Part shown: positions 1 through 10,426 of the stretch, piece after piece | Numbering within the stretch: position 1 is the first letter of the stretch | How the letters are laid out: each line of letters begins with the position of its first letter | Assembly (NCBI GenBank): GCA_026391935.1 | Contig: JAPLDC010000097.1 | Coordinates: 9,513 to 43,447, forward strand | Direction of reading: 5' to 3' | Length of the DNA stretch: 33,935 bases | Origin: Bacteroidota bacterium | GTDB taxonomy: Bacteria > Bacteroidota > Bacteroidia > 2-12-FULL-35-15 | Program-made: the position numbers and the translations under genes | Notes under the pieces: model-generated | Databases searched by the model: none | What the model was told of the DNA's origin: nothing | The model's input: only the letters and a program-made list of their open reading frames with translations

Positions 1-1998
1 GGCTTTGAATATGCTTTCAGCAAATACAGTAAACTTGCTATAGAGACTGCCGTTAGTAAAAATGATATCAATACATTTTCATCGGCAAACAGTAATGATG
101 ATGTTGGGTATGGATTAAAATTGAATTTTGATAATGTAAAACCATTAACAAAGAGTTTAACTGATTCGACTTCGTCCCTAATATTACTTTCCAATATAAA
201 TTATGAATACGTTCAAAAATATTTTTCTCCGATAGAGCGTTACAGGAGTATTGAATTTGAGCGTGATTGGAATAAAGGAAATATTTTGCAAGCGGAGGAT
301 CAGCATATTATAGGTGTATCTGTTGGACTAGCAAAGAAAGGCATCGGCGCTATTGGATATAAATTCAATTCGTTTCTTGAAGGAAAAAGTTATAATGCGA
401 ATAAACAAAACGCAAATATTACACTTGCTAAAAAAGGATTTTCTGTTTTGTACGATGGGAGTTTTTTAACTTCGGCAAGTGCTGTTAACTCTAATTTTTA
501 TCGGCACAAAAGCGGTGTTTCCCAAAAAATTAATCGATTCACAGTTGGGTTAAAAGATGAATTCGAGCTGAATAAATTTGCCTTGAGCAAAAAAGATTCG
601 CTACTTTCAAGTAGCTATGAATTCTGGGAATGGCAAGCCTACATGCAAAATGCAGATACTACTAAAAATAGATACGGAATCAATTACAAACAACGAACAG
701 ATTATGCCGTTAGAAATAATGCAGGAGAAACACATCTTGTCTCGACCGCTTTTGCTGAAAGTTATGGCGGCTTTTTAGACCTCATAAAAAATTCAAATAA
801 TCAATTGAAATTAAATGCAGCTTATCGTGTTCTCGAAATCAGAGATCCTGCTCTTACCTCCCAAAAGCCCGACAACTCATTGGTTGCCCGTGTAGAATAT
901 ACTATTCGATTGTTTAAAGGCGTTATTTTTTCAAATACCTTTTATGAGATCGGATCAGGTTTAGAAATTAAAAAGGAGTACTCTTATATTATGGTTGCTG
1001 TGGGACAAGGGGTATATGTATGGAATGATTACAATGGAAATGGAATAAAAGAGTTGGGCGAATTTGAAATTGCGACTTTTCCAAATACAGCCGATTACAT
1101 TAAAGTGTACACACCAACAAACGATTATTTGAAAGTTTATAATAATCAATTTAGCCAGACGCTTTCCTTGAAACCTTCTGCATTGTGGGGAAACAAAACT
1201 GGATTCAAAAAATTTATTGCACGTTTTTCTGATCAGGCATCCTATCGCGTTGATCGGAAGTCGACGGAAAGCGACCTGTCAAAAGCCTATAACCCATTTT
1301 TAATAATTCCGAATGATACCAGTACCACTGCTTTTAAAACATTGGTTACTTTAAATTCTTCTTTCAGAAACACCTTGTTTATTAATCAAATGAGTCCGGT
1401 GTTTGGATTGGATCTGTCATACCAGGATGCAGGAAATAAAGTGTTATTAGTGAATGGTTTTGATACGCGTCAAAATAAATATGAAGAAGCTAAGTTACGC
1501 TGGAACATCAGCAAAGAATTTAGTTGGATTTTATCCTACAAGAATGGAAGTAAAATAAGCCGCTCTCAATTTTTTCCGGCACGAAATTATGTAATTTTCT
1601 ATTATGAGGCAGAGCCAAAAATTAGTTATCAGCCAAATACAGCTTTCCGGACAACCATTTCTTTTAAATATACAGAGAAACAAAATAAGAGTGAGTATGG
1701 CGGACAAAAGGCCGTGTTACAGGATTATGGTGCAGAAATAAAATATAATGTATTGCAAAAAGGAAGTTTGAATATGACCGCAAATTTTATTCAGATCAAA
1801 TTTAATGGAGTGCAAAATACTTCTTTAGCCTTTGAAATGTTGGATGCATTAAAAACCGGACAAAATATTACCTGGGGTGTTTCCTATCAACGAACGCTTT
1901 CAAATAATTTACAATTAAGTTTGACTTACGATGGCAGAAAATCGGAAGGAACAAAAATTATTCACACTGGTGGCGCACAAGTAAGAGCATATTTTTAA
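1..1998 (+). CDS. Large outer-membrane beta-barrel protein, C-terminal ~665 aa (5' end lies outside the window)
   Basis: Frame 1 has no stop from nt 1 (GFEYAFSKYSKLAIE...) into track ORF 121..1998, so the TTG at 121 is not the true start. Alternating hydrophobic beta-strand pattern throughout. C-terminus ...GGAQVRAYF* has the aromatic terminal residue typical of an OMP beta-signal. Family not recognised. Confidence 0.6.
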   Translation, partial: GFEYAFSKYSKLAIETAVSKNDINTFSSANSNDDVGYGLKLNFDNVKPLTKSLTDSTSSLILLSNINYEYVQKYFSPIERYRSIEFERDWNKGNILQAEDQHIIGVSVGLAKKGIGAIGYKFNSFLEGKSYNANKQNANITLAKKGFSVLYDGSFLTSASAVNSNFYRHKSGVSQKINRFTVGLKDEFELNKFALSKKDSLLSSSYEFWEWQAYMQNADTTKNRYGINYKQRTDYAVRNNAGETHLVSTAFAESYGGFLDLIKNSNNQLKLNAAYRVLEIRDPALTSQKPDNSLVARVEYTIRLFKGVIFSNTFYEIGSGLEIKKEYSYIMVAVGQGVYVWNDYNGNGIKELGEFEIATFPNTADYIKVYTPTNDYLKVYNNQFSQTLSLKPSALWGNKTGFKKFIARFSDQASYRVDRKSTESDLSKAYNPFLIIPNDTSTTAFKTLVTLNSSFRNTLFINQMSPVFGLDLSYQDAGNKVLLVNGFDTRQNKYEEAKLRWNISKEFSWILSYKNGSKISRSQFFPARNYVIFYYEAEPKISYQPNTAFRTTISFKYTEKQNKSEYGGQKAVLQDYGAEIKYNVLQKGSLNMTANFIQIKFNGVQNTSLAFEMLDALKTGQNITWGVSYQRTLSNNLQLSLTYDGRKSEGTKIIHTGGAQVRAYF

Positions 1999-2011
1999 TT
2001 TTTCTGCCACA

Positions 2012-3253
2012 TTATTTATTGGCAATAACGCGCAAATTTTGATCCGCTAAGAAAGCTTTCATACTGTTTTTATATGATCTTTCTTTCATTGATATTTTGA
2101 AAGAATCCAGTTTTGTCAGGTATTCTTGTGCTTTTGTAAAATCATTCAGCCAAATATACACTTCCGAAAGATCCATCAGTAAGGATTCTGTGACATCTTC
2201 ATCAACTCTTGCCTTTCTGTTACTTGGATTACTTTCTTTTAAAGCTGTTTCCCATAGTGTAATCGCTTTACGCAAGAATTCTTCTCCTTGAGCATTGTTT
2301 TCTTTTTTACCGATTAACGCATATCCATTTTTAGCATTGTTTAAAGCCTCTTTAAAATCGTCATATAATTTCTTCTCATTCACATACGCTACAGGTACTA
2401 TTCGGATTTGTTTAACATAACCGTAATTAGTGTTTAACAGTTCATTTATTGATCTTAAATTATCAAGTACAATTTTTTCCTGAACATTTAATATCTCAGA
2501 AGTCTGCGCTGTTTTCCAGTAGGCATCTAACTCAGCCTGTGTTGCAAAATCTTTGGATGTATATGTTGAGAAACTAAGTGAAGGTCCGAATGCTTCATCC
2601 ATAATAAATTTTCCATCGGGTTGGATGATTTTTAATTTTATGATATGTCGATAGTTGAATTGATTAACGAAAACTGTTGTTTCGATTGTTTTTTCATCAG
2701 CTCCTTTTACTTGTTTTTTTTGAGTAGTGCTTTTTACTTCATCTTTTTCGAAGCCACTTAAATTCATTTGAATGATCAATGCTTTTTCAGGTAATTTAGA
2801 AAATCCTTCCAGTTTAATATAGGTTGATGCCAACAGTTCAGTGTTAAAAGTTTTTTCCAGTAAAGGTTCTTGTGCAACTACTTTTGTTGGGATAGGTGAA
2901 GACGGCATCAGCGGGCGCGGTGTCACGGCTTGTTGTTGAGGTGTTAAACGAAACCATACATTTAAACTATTCTCATAAGAAAGAGAATCTTGTTTTCTTT
3001 TGTCAAAATATTGTTTTAATCCTAATTGATAATCAGTTTCAGATTTGGATAGCGCAGTTTGATAATCTGTTTTTTGCTGTTCTGTTTTTTGTAAGTAATC
3101 AGCGATTATTAATGGCTGATAATTTTTAACGTCTTTGTTTACGGGCTTTAGCGGTAAACGAGTATACTCCACACTTACTTTAACATAGTCAATGTTTTGC
3201 GCCATGGAGGTGATAGAGATGAATAGCAGAAGAGAGAGGAATGGCTTTTTCAT
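2012..3253 (-). CDS. Secreted hypothetical protein (413 aa) with N-terminal signal peptide
   Basis: Track ORF 2012..3334 trimmed to the internal ATG at 3253, which gives a classical signal peptide MKKPFLSLLLFISITSMAQN. A putative promoter lies inside the discarded 5' extension. No family recognised; the C-terminal ~100 aa are helical and TPR-like by eye. Confidence 0.7.
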   Translation of the reverse strand: MKKPFLSLLLFISITSMAQNIDYVKVSVEYTRLPLKPVNKDVKNYQPLIIADYLQKTEQQKTDYQTALSKSETDYQLGLKQYFDKRKQDSLSYENSLNVWFRLTPQQQAVTPRPLMPSSPIPTKVVAQEPLLEKTFNTELLASTYIKLEGFSKLPEKALIIQMNLSGFEKDEVKSTTQKKQVKGADEKTIETTVFVNQFNYRHIIKLKIIQPDGKFIMDEAFGPSLSFSTYTSKDFATQAELDAYWKTAQTSEILNVQEKIVLDNLRSINELLNTNYGYVKQIRIVPVAYVNEKKLYDDFKEALNNAKNGYALIGKKENNAQGEEFLRKAITLWETALKESNPSNRKARVDEDVTESLLMDLSEVYIWLNDFTKAQEYLTKLDSFKISMKERSYKNSMKAFLADQNLRVIANK

Positions 3254-3288
3254 GATAATTAGTTTTTTAAACGAAAAAATTCGTTGGT

Positions 3289-3322
3289 CAAAATTAATCA
3301 TAATAGGGTTCATTTTGCCAAA
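3289..3322 (-). promoter_or_regulatory. Putative Bacteroidota sigma-A promoter (TTTG-N22-TAATTTTG) for the 2012..3253 gene
   Basis: Minus strand reads TAATTTTG (3296..3289), matching TAnnTTTG, 36 nt upstream of the ATG at 3253. A TTTG lies at 3322..3319. The spacer is slightly long. Confidence 0.35.
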
Positions 3323-3360
3323 GATCTGTTTCATATATAATTTATAGCAGCTTTAAATAT

Positions 3361-4185
3361 TTATTGTACTATAACTTTTAGTGCAGGATTATGAAAGAAC
3401 GATTGCTGAAAAGGAAGCATTTGACCGCTGTCGAGGATTAATAGATCCAATCGTTCAATATTTTTCAAGCAATCAGGAAAAAATCCCATCGAACCGCAAT
3501 AAGCAACATTTAATTCTTGTAATTCAACCATTTTGCAAATGGCCAAAGGGAATGTTGTCATTTCGTTCCTTCCAATATATAAGTATTTCAGATTAGTAAG
3601 TTTTGAAGCGTTCTCTGGTAAATAAAGAAGATTGTTATTGTCTAGGTAAAGTTGCTCTAAAAGAATTAGTTTCCCTATACTGTCGGGGAGTGTCTGAATA
3701 TCATTATAGGATAAAAAAAGCTGTTCTAGTTTGCTTAAGTTGCATATTCCGTTTGGCAAGGAAGTAAGAATATTGTCTTTGACCGAGAGTTCTTTTAATG
3801 CTTTTAACTGACCGATGCTTGCAGGAAGTTGTTTCAGTTTATTGCCACTTAAAATACATTTTTCTAATTTTTTAAAGTCTCCGAAATTGTCGGGTAAAGA
3901 AGTGAGTTTATTTCGAAATAGATTTAATTCTTTCAGATTTGGAAGCAAACAAAGCTCGGGAGGAATTGTTTTTAGGTCGTTATTATTTAGTTCAAATATT
4001 TCTAAATTAACAAGTTTGTAAATATCTGCAGGAATCGAATCTAGGTGTTTATATGCGATTCTTATATGAAACACCTGAGTAGGATTACTGAATGCATCTT
4101 CAAAAGATTTGTAGGTCTTATCTTTTTGTGCAGAGGTTTTATAAACCAAAAAAATCAAAAATAAAATAGTTAGTTTTATTTTCAT
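3361..4185 (-). CDS. Secreted leucine-rich repeat (LRR) protein
   Basis: Signal peptide MKIKLTILFLIFLVYKTSAQ followed by about 9 tandem ~23-aa LxxLxxLxLxxNxLxxLPxxI repeats (e.g. LPNLKELNLFRNKLTSLPDNFG, LKALKELSVKDNILTSLPNGIC). Confidence 0.85.
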   Translation of the reverse strand: MKIKLTILFLIFLVYKTSAQKDKTYKSFEDAFSNPTQVFHIRIAYKHLDSIPADIYKLVNLEIFELNNNDLKTIPPELCLLPNLKELNLFRNKLTSLPDNFGDFKKLEKCILSGNKLKQLPASIGQLKALKELSVKDNILTSLPNGICNLSKLEQLFLSYNDIQTLPDSIGKLILLEQLYLDNNNLLYLPENASKLTNLKYLYIGRNEMTTFPLAICKMVELQELNVAYCGSMGFFPDCLKNIERLDLLILDSGQMLPFQQSFFHNPALKVIVQ

Positions 4186-4276
4186 GAGACAAATAGATTA
4201 TCTACTGTGAGAGGATGTGCTGTAAAGATAATAATAAGTAAAATAGAGGTTTTGCTTTTTTTCTTATATTTTTATG

Positions 4277-5239
4277 TTATCGGCACCAGCGTTTTAAGCG
4301 CCATTCTTCTTGTTGAATAGGATTTAGAAATGTCCAAGCCACGAATCTGCTTATTTTATTTCCTTGCTTCATTTCAATTGTTCTTACTTCCAGGGCTTTT
4401 ACTTTTTCTAAATTGTAGTATATGGTTGGAAGATTTTCGCTTTTTGAAACCAAAGATGAATACCAAAAGCAGCTAGTCGGGAAAAGAGCACTTTCTGAAA
4501 TCATTTTAGAAACAAATTCTTTTTCTCCTCCTTTACACCATAGCTCGGTATTTTGTCCGCCAAAATTCAAAACAGGTTTTATGTTTTTTCCGGAATTTAA
4601 ATTTCTCACTTTTCTTGATGTTCCTTCCTGAGCTTCTGCATGCGAAGAATGAAATGGAGGGTTGCACAAAGTAACATCGAATAGTTCTGCGGGCTTAATA
4701 ATTCCTTTGAATATATTTGAATTGAGTTTTTGTTCTCTAATCTCGATCTCTTTTAAATTATTATTTTCAGTTATTGTTTTTGCAGAATGAATAGCTTTGT
4801 CATCAATGTCACTCCCGACAAACCCCCATCCATATTCGTAATTGCCGATGATGGGGTAAATACAATTGGCACCAACACCAATATCTAAACAGTTGACCAT
4901 TTGTCCTTTTGGTATAATTCCATTATTTGATGTTGCGAGTAAGTCGGCAATATAATGGATGTAATCGGCTCTTCCAGGTATTGGCGGACAAAGATAATTT
5001 TGAGGAATATCCCATGTTGCAACCCCATAATATTGTTTTAGTAGCGTTCTGTTAAGTGTTTTTACACCAGCAGGGTCTGCAAAATCAATTGTTTCGTTAT
5101 TGTATTTATTGATAAAAACAAATTTGGAAAGTTCCGGACAAGAACCAATGAGCTCTTTAAAGTTATATCGAGAGCGGTGTTTATTTCGGGGGTGAAGGAC
5201 TTCTTTTTCATCCAAATTTTTCTTTTCTTCTTTATTCAT
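4277..5239 (-). CDS. rlmF: 23S rRNA (adenine1618-N6)-methyltransferase RlmF
   Basis: Matches remembered E. coli RlmF/YbiN blocks along the whole length: LHPRNKHRSRYNF, LCPPIPGRADYIHYIADLL, LDIGVGANCIYPIIG (SAM motif I), TLCNPPFHSS (NPPF motif IV), LNFGGQNTELWCKGGE, SRFVAWTF. Confidence 0.92.
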   Translation of the reverse strand: MNKEEKKNLDEKEVLHPRNKHRSRYNFKELIGSCPELSKFVFINKYNNETIDFADPAGVKTLNRTLLKQYYGVATWDIPQNYLCPPIPGRADYIHYIADLLATSNNGIIPKGQMVNCLDIGVGANCIYPIIGNYEYGWGFVGSDIDDKAIHSAKTITENNNLKEIEIREQKLNSNIFKGIIKPAELFDVTLCNPPFHSSHAEAQEGTSRKVRNLNSGKNIKPVLNFGGQNTELWCKGGEKEFVSKMISESALFPTSCFWYSSLVSKSENLPTIYYNLEKVKALEVRTIEMKQGNKISRFVAWTFLNPIQQEEWRLKRWCR

Positions 5240-5291
5240 TTAGTTCCTAATCATTTTCTAAGTATTGATTTTTGATGGATGAGTATAATTT

Positions 5292-5322
5292 CAAAAGTAG
5301 AATTAATAAGCTTGGAAGCAAA
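5292..5322 (-). promoter_or_regulatory. Putative Bacteroidota sigma-A promoter for rlmF (TTTG-N19-TACTTTTG)
   Basis: Minus strand: TTTG (5322..5319), 19-nt spacer, TACTTTTG (5299..5292). It lies 53 nt upstream of the rlmF ATG and just downstream of the terminator at 5347..5373. Confidence 0.5.
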
Positions 5323-5346
5323 TATGAAAATATGAACTACTTGGAA

Positions 5347-5373
5347 AGAAAAAAGGCGCCATTTGGCGCCTTT
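5347..5373 (-). terminator. Rho-independent terminator after the T9SS cargo gene
   Basis: Stem AAAGGCGCC (5352..5360) pairs with GGCGCCTTT (5365..5373), loop ATTT. On the minus strand the stem is followed by a T-run (the A-run at 5348..5354 on the plus strand). It lies 22 nt below the stop at 5395. Confidence 0.65.
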
Positions 5374-5394
5374 AATTCAATTAATAATAATTGG

Positions 5395-6315
5395 TTATTT
5401 GATAGCCAATTTAGAAGTAGATGTTTTTCCATTCATTTCAACCTGAACAAAATATAATCCGCTTGCATATCCATTTAGGTCTAATGGCGTAACTCCGTTA
5501 GCCGTTAATGTTGTTGCTTGTAAACGTTGACCTAAAGTATTTAGGATGCTTACTGTAACTTTGTTTCCGGTAAATGCAGACAGGTCAACAGACACTGATT
5601 GACTAGCAGGATTTGGGAATAACTCAACAGTTGGAAGGCTGCTGTTTTCTTCAATACCTGCAGTAGTTAAGCAGTAGTGAACTCTTCCGTTAAATACGCG
5701 CGGACTAAAAGTTACACCAAATGGGTAAGATCCACCATTTCCTTGTTTGATAGTAAGGTACGTGTCATAAGAAAGTGTATCTCCAACAACTGTTCCATTT
5801 GTATAATTAAATGTAGCGCCTGCATCCGTTGCTGTAACATAAAAAGCGTATGTGCCGGCAGCTAGTGGTAAATTTAAACTTACAGGAACTTTGTAAAATG
5901 CACCTGCTCCAGTTGTTGTAGAAGTTACTTGTGCAGAATCTAGGAAGGACCAGCCTGTAGCAGATGTTTCACTACCTATAAATGTCCCCGTTTTGTAAAA
6001 AATCGCAATATTCCATGTACCAGCATCAACGCTTACGCTAAATGTTTCAAGTGTAACAGCGCTTACAACATCGATGTCAAACATGTTTCCGCTAAAGCTG
6101 TTGCCGGCTGCTGTTGAGCCGGTTAATGAATCGCAAACTGTTGGTAATTTACTTTGATGATCCAATACAACAGGTGTATTTATTACCTGGCTTAGAATAT
6201 TTTGTTTTTGTTGGAAATTAAGATTTTCTGAAGACAATTGTTTATCGGTTTGACCGAAGACAACGGAAGAGAACATCATTCCAAAGACTAAAGTTGATGC
6301 GTAAAATTTTTTCAT
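5395..6315 (-). CDS. Secreted protein with T9SS type-A C-terminal sorting domain (Por secretion tail)
   Basis: Signal peptide MKKFYASTLVFGMMFSSVVFGQ. The C-terminal ~75 aa, LFPNPASQSVSVDL...VSILNTLGQRL...GLYFVQVEMNGKTSTSKLAIK, fit the type-A CTD pattern. The N-terminal beta-rich domain is not recognised. Confidence 0.85.
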   Translation of the reverse strand: MKKFYASTLVFGMMFSSVVFGQTDKQLSSENLNFQQKQNILSQVINTPVVLDHQSKLPTVCDSLTGSTAAGNSFSGNMFDIDVVSAVTLETFSVSVDAGTWNIAIFYKTGTFIGSETSATGWSFLDSAQVTSTTTGAGAFYKVPVSLNLPLAAGTYAFYVTATDAGATFNYTNGTVVGDTLSYDTYLTIKQGNGGSYPFGVTFSPRVFNGRVHYCLTTAGIEENSSLPTVELFPNPASQSVSVDLSAFTGNKVTVSILNTLGQRLQATTLTANGVTPLDLNGYASGLYFVQVEMNGKTSTSKLAIK

Positions 6316-6341
6316 AGTTTTATTTAGTTTGGTTAGTTCTG

Positions 6342-6349
6342 CAAAACTA
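6342..6349 (-). promoter_or_regulatory. Possible -7 box (TAGTTTTG) for the T9SS cargo gene
   Basis: Minus strand reads TAGTTTTG 27 nt upstream of the ATG at 6315. No -33 TTTG at proper spacing. Confidence 0.3.
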
Positions 6350-6455
6350 AACTATTCTATTTAATTAATCATTAGTTTAGTGGTGATTGTTATCACAGTG
6401 TTGTTTTATATACCTTTCCCACTCTTTGTAGGAGGCTTGTTTGCGTTTAAAATAA

Positions 6456-8924
6456 TTAACTGCCACAAGCTTCACAAGCGTCCGGGTTGTCTAATGAGCA
6501 ACTTAATTGTGCTGCAACCTCCGCAGCTTTTTGTGCCTCCGCTTCTAATATTGCCTGGCGATCAGCACTAATTTGATGTTGGCGCTCCAATACCAATACG
6601 TCTTCATTTCCTAATACTTCTGTAGCCACTAAAACTGTCCCTTCAGGAATTTCTTTTGCAGCAGAGGTATCCACAGTAAATTTAATTGCATCAGCAGCAG
6701 CTTTTGTACGTAAATAATACATTCCGGTTTTTAAACCTGCTTTCCATCCATAAAAATGCATAGAAGAAAGTTTAGCGAAGTTTGCATCCTGAACAAATAA
6801 ATTCAGTGACTGTGATTGACAAATATATGCTCCGCGATCAGCAGCCATATTGATAATTACTTTTTGTGAAATTTCCCAAACGGTTTTATACAATGCTTTT
6901 ACGTTATCAGGAATTTCATTTATTCCTTGTACGGATCCATTTGCAATGATAATTTTATTTTTTAGTGAATCATTCCAGATACCTAATTTTACAAGGTCTT
7001 TCAATAAATGTTTGTTCACAATCACAAACTCCCCTGACAATACTCTTCTTGAATAAATATTAGAAGTGTAGGGTTCAAAACATTCATTGTTTCCTAAGAT
7101 CTGAGAAGTAGAAGCCGTTGGCATTGGGGCTAACAACAATGAGTTGCGAACACCGTGCGTTTTCACTTCTTCTTTCAAAACATCCCACTCCCAACGAGGA
7201 GACGGTGTTACATTCCACATATCAAATTGGAATATTCCTTTTGACACTGGTGAGCCCGGGAATGTTTCATAATACCCTTCAGCCTTTGCAAGGTCTTTAG
7301 AAGCTGTCATGGCTGCATAATAAATCGTCTCATGAATTTCTTTATTCAAGGTTACTGCTTCAGGAGAATCGAATGGAAAGCGCATTAATATGAATGCATC
7401 CGCCAATCCTTGAACTCCAATTCCTATCGGACGGTGACGCATATTGGAGTTGCGTGCTTCAGCAACAGGATAATAATTTCTGTCGATGATCTTATTTAAA
7501 TTTTTAGTGATCACATACGTGATATCAAATAATTTCTGATGATCAAATTTTCCGTTTTCAACAAATCGCGGCAATGCAATAGAAGCGAGGTTACAAACTG
7601 CAATTTCATCTGCAGAAGTGTATTCCATGATCTCGGTACACAAGTTCGATGATTTGATCGTGCCCAGATTTTGTTGATTGCTTTTTCCATTACAAGCATC
7701 TTTGTATAGCATGTATGGATTGCCGGTTTCAATTTGGGAGTCGATGATCGCAGCCCACAATTCACGCGCCTGAATTGTTTTACGTGCACGGCCTTCTTGT
7801 TCGTAACGAGTATATAGTGCTTCAAATTCTGCTCCCCAACAATCTGCTAATCCCGGTGCTTCATTCGGACAGAATAAGGACCATGTGCTGTTTTCTTCGA
7901 CACGTTTCATGAACAGATCAGGTGTCCACATTGCAGTGAATAGATCGCGCGCACGGGCTTCTTCTTTTCCTGTGTTTTTACGAAGATCTAAGAATTCATA
8001 AATATCAGCATGCCATGGTTCTAAATAAATTGCAAAAGACCCTTTACGTTTTCCGCCTCCTTGATCAACATAACGCGCTGTGTCGTTGAATACACGTAAC
8101 ATCGGAACGATACCGTTTGAAGTGCCATTTGTTCCACGTATATATGAACCTGTAGCGCGGATATTATGGATGCTTAATCCGATACCACCGGCACTTTGTG
8201 AGATCTTTGCACATGATTTTAATGTATCATAAATTCCGTCGATACTATCATCTTTTACAGTTAACAAAAAGCAAGATGACATTTGAGGTTTAGGTGTACC
8301 TGCATTAAACAATGTAGGAGTAGCGTGTGTGAACCAGCGTTCCGACATTAAGTTATATGTTTCGATAACAGAAGCGATGTCATCTTTATGGATGCCAACA
8401 GCAACACGCATTACCATGTGCTGAGGACGCTCAGCAACAACACCATTTAATTTTAATAAGTAAGAGCGCTCCAACGTTTTAAATCCGAAATAATCGTAAC
8501 CGAAATCGCGGTCGTAAATAATAGTAGAATCAAGTTCCTGAGCATTTTTCTGAATGATCTCATATACATCATCAGCGATCAAAGGCGCTTTTTTACCGGT
8601 CTTTGGGTCAATATAATTATACAAAGCTTCCATCGTTTTTGAGAACGATTTATTCGTGTTCTTGTGCAAGTTAGAAACAGCTATACGGGACGCCAATAGC
8701 GCATAGTCAGGGTGCTTAGTAGTAAGCGAAGCAGCAGTTTCAGCTGCGAGATTATCCAATTCACTGGTTGTTACACCTTCGTAAATCCCTTCAATTACCT
8801 TCATAGCAACGTTGATTGGAGTTACATGAATAGGGTCTAAGCCATAGCAAAGCTTTTGGATACGAGCTGTTACTTTATCAAATTTTACTGATTCGCGGTT
8901 ACCGTCTCTTTTGATTACGTACAT
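6456..8924 (-). CDS. nrdA: Ribonucleoside-diphosphate reductase alpha subunit, class Ia (eukaryote-like R1)
   Basis: N-terminal ATP-cone ([26 protein letters not shown]), catalytic SNLCTEI block and C-terminal redox cysteine pair ...DACEACGS*. Lies immediately downstream of nrdB. Confidence 0.97.
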   Translation of the reverse strand: MYVIKRDGNRESVKFDKVTARIQKLCYGLDPIHVTPINVAMKVIEGIYEGVTTSELDNLAAETAASLTTKHPDYALLASRIAVSNLHKNTNKSFSKTMEALYNYIDPKTGKKAPLIADDVYEIIQKNAQELDSTIIYDRDFGYDYFGFKTLERSYLLKLNGVVAERPQHMVMRVAVGIHKDDIASVIETYNLMSERWFTHATPTLFNAGTPKPQMSSCFLLTVKDDSIDGIYDTLKSCAKISQSAGGIGLSIHNIRATGSYIRGTNGTSNGIVPMLRVFNDTARYVDQGGGKRKGSFAIYLEPWHADIYEFLDLRKNTGKEEARARDLFTAMWTPDLFMKRVEENSTWSLFCPNEAPGLADCWGAEFEALYTRYEQEGRARKTIQARELWAAIIDSQIETGNPYMLYKDACNGKSNQQNLGTIKSSNLCTEIMEYTSADEIAVCNLASIALPRFVENGKFDHQKLFDITYVITKNLNKIIDRNYYPVAEARNSNMRHRPIGIGVQGLADAFILMRFPFDSPEAVTLNKEIHETIYYAAMTASKDLAKAEGYYETFPGSPVSKGIFQFDMWNVTPSPRWEWDVLKEEVKTHGVRNSLLLAPMPTASTSQILGNNECFEPYTSNIYSRRVLSGEFVIVNKHLLKDLVKLGIWNDSLKNKIIIANGSVQGINEIPDNVKALYKTVWEISQKVIINMAADRGAYICQSQSLNLFVQDANFAKLSSMHFYGWKAGLKTGMYYLRTKAAADAIKFTVDTSAAKEIPEGTVLVATEVLGNEDVLVLERQHQISADRQAILEAEAQKAAEVAAQLSCSLDNPDACEACGS

Positions 8925-9002
8925 AAATTTTTTGTCTAGAGTTTGTGCTGTTATTTTTTATTGTATGTTATAATTTTTTGTTTCCTCATTATAAGATCCT
9001 TC

Positions 9003-9074
9003 ATCCCCCTGCCCCCTTCAAAGGGGGACACACTCCGGATTATTCATTGTCACCCTGAGCGGAGTCGAAGGGTG
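9003..9074. repeat. GC-rich REP-like double-hairpin element in the nrdB-nrdA intercistronic spacer
   Basis: Hairpin 1: CCCCCT (9012..9017) pairs with AGGGGG (9022..9027), loop TCAA, preceded by CCCCCTG. Hairpin 2: CACCCT (9051..9056) pairs with AGGGTG (9069..9074). A related copy of hairpin 1 lies at 32687..32713. The element stands out as a GC island in AT-rich DNA. Confidence 0.5.
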
Positions 9075-9075
9075 T

Positions 9076-10044
9076 TTAAAAATCTTCATCAAGGCTGAAA
9101 ACGTTATCTTCTTTTTTGCCCATTACACCAGATTTTTGGTATTCTGCAACACGTTTTTCGAAGAAATTTGTTTTCCCTTGTAAAGAAATAAGTTCCATAA
9201 AGTCGAATGGGTTGGTTGCGTTGTATGCTTTTTCACATCCAAGGGCCACCAACAATCTGTCAGCAACAAATTCGATGTATTGACACATTAAATCAGCATT
9301 CATTCCGATTAGTCGAACAGGCAAAGCATCAGAAACAAATTCTTTTTCAATTTCAACAGCATTGGTTATTATCGAAGTTACTTGTTCCTTAGGTAACTGA
9401 TTCACTAATTCGGAATATAATAAACAGGCAAAATCGCAATGCAAACCTTCATCACGAGAAATAAGTTCGTTTGAGAACGTTAACCCCGGCATTAATCCAC
9501 GTTTTTTTAACCAGAATATGGAGCAGAAACTTCCCGAAAAGAAAATGCCTTCTACAGCAGCAAAAGCGATCAATCTTTCAGCGAAAGTTCCGTTCCCTAT
9601 CCATTTAATAGCCCATTCAGCTTTCTTTCCAACACATGGCAGTGTATCTATAGAATGAAAAAGACGGTCTTTTTCTTTTGGATCTTTAATATAAGAGTCA
9701 ATTAATAATGAATATGTTTCAGAATGAATATTTTCCATCATGATCTGAAAGCCATAAAAACAACGTGCTTCAGGATATTGTACTTCTTTCATGAAGTTAA
9801 CTGCTAGATTTTCATTTACAATTCCATCACTTGCAGCAAAAAAAGCGAGCACATGTGAAATGAAATGTCTTTCATCATTGTTCAATTTATTTTCCCAATC
9901 CTGAAGATCTGGATTTAAGTCGATTTCTTCTGCGGTCCAAAAACTTGCTTCTGCCTGTTTGTACATTTCCCATATATTATTGTGTTTTATGGGAAACAGA
10001 ACAAATCTGTCTTTATTCTCTTTTAGTATTGGTTCTTCGTTCAT
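9076..10044 (-). CDS. nrdB: Ribonucleoside-diphosphate reductase beta subunit, class Ia (eukaryote-like R2)
   Basis: [41 protein letters not shown] closely resembles remembered animal R2 N-terminal core. Metal ligands and radical Tyr context are present ([37 protein letters not shown]). C-terminal ...SLDEDF* is an R1-binding tail. Confidence 0.97.
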   Translation of the reverse strand: MNEEPILKENKDRFVLFPIKHNNIWEMYKQAEASFWTAEEIDLNPDLQDWENKLNNDERHFISHVLAFFAASDGIVNENLAVNFMKEVQYPEARCFYGFQIMMENIHSETYSLLIDSYIKDPKEKDRLFHSIDTLPCVGKKAEWAIKWIGNGTFAERLIAFAAVEGIFFSGSFCSIFWLKKRGLMPGLTFSNELISRDEGLHCDFACLLYSELVNQLPKEQVTSIITNAVEIEKEFVSDALPVRLIGMNADLMCQYIEFVADRLLVALGCEKAYNATNPFDFMELISLQGKTNFFEKRVAEYQKSGVMGKKEDNVFSLDEDF

Positions 10045-10426
10045 TGAGTAGTTTGGTGTTTTTGTTGTAATTGCCTGTTTTTTAATTCGTTACAAGCCTT
10101 CTCTTTTAAAATTAGAGGGAAAAATTTCCCTGAAAGGCTATTTCTTTCTTTTTGAGCTAATTAATAAAGTTTTGCTTATTGAATTAAGGTGTACAAATTT
10201 TGGCAAAAAAAAGTGTTGTGTCAAGAGCATTGAATTAACATTTACTCCAAGTTATAAACACGGGAAATTAACAGACGAATGTTAAGAATTGACCAATGTA
10301 TTAGAAAACAGCATTTTAAGTTTGATGTGAAAAATACTGAAAATTAATCTTAAAAAAACTTGTTACAATGAAAAAAAACGCTTTTAGGAAACGTGATGTT
10401 TCGAAGGAATAGTAGTTGGTAGTATT

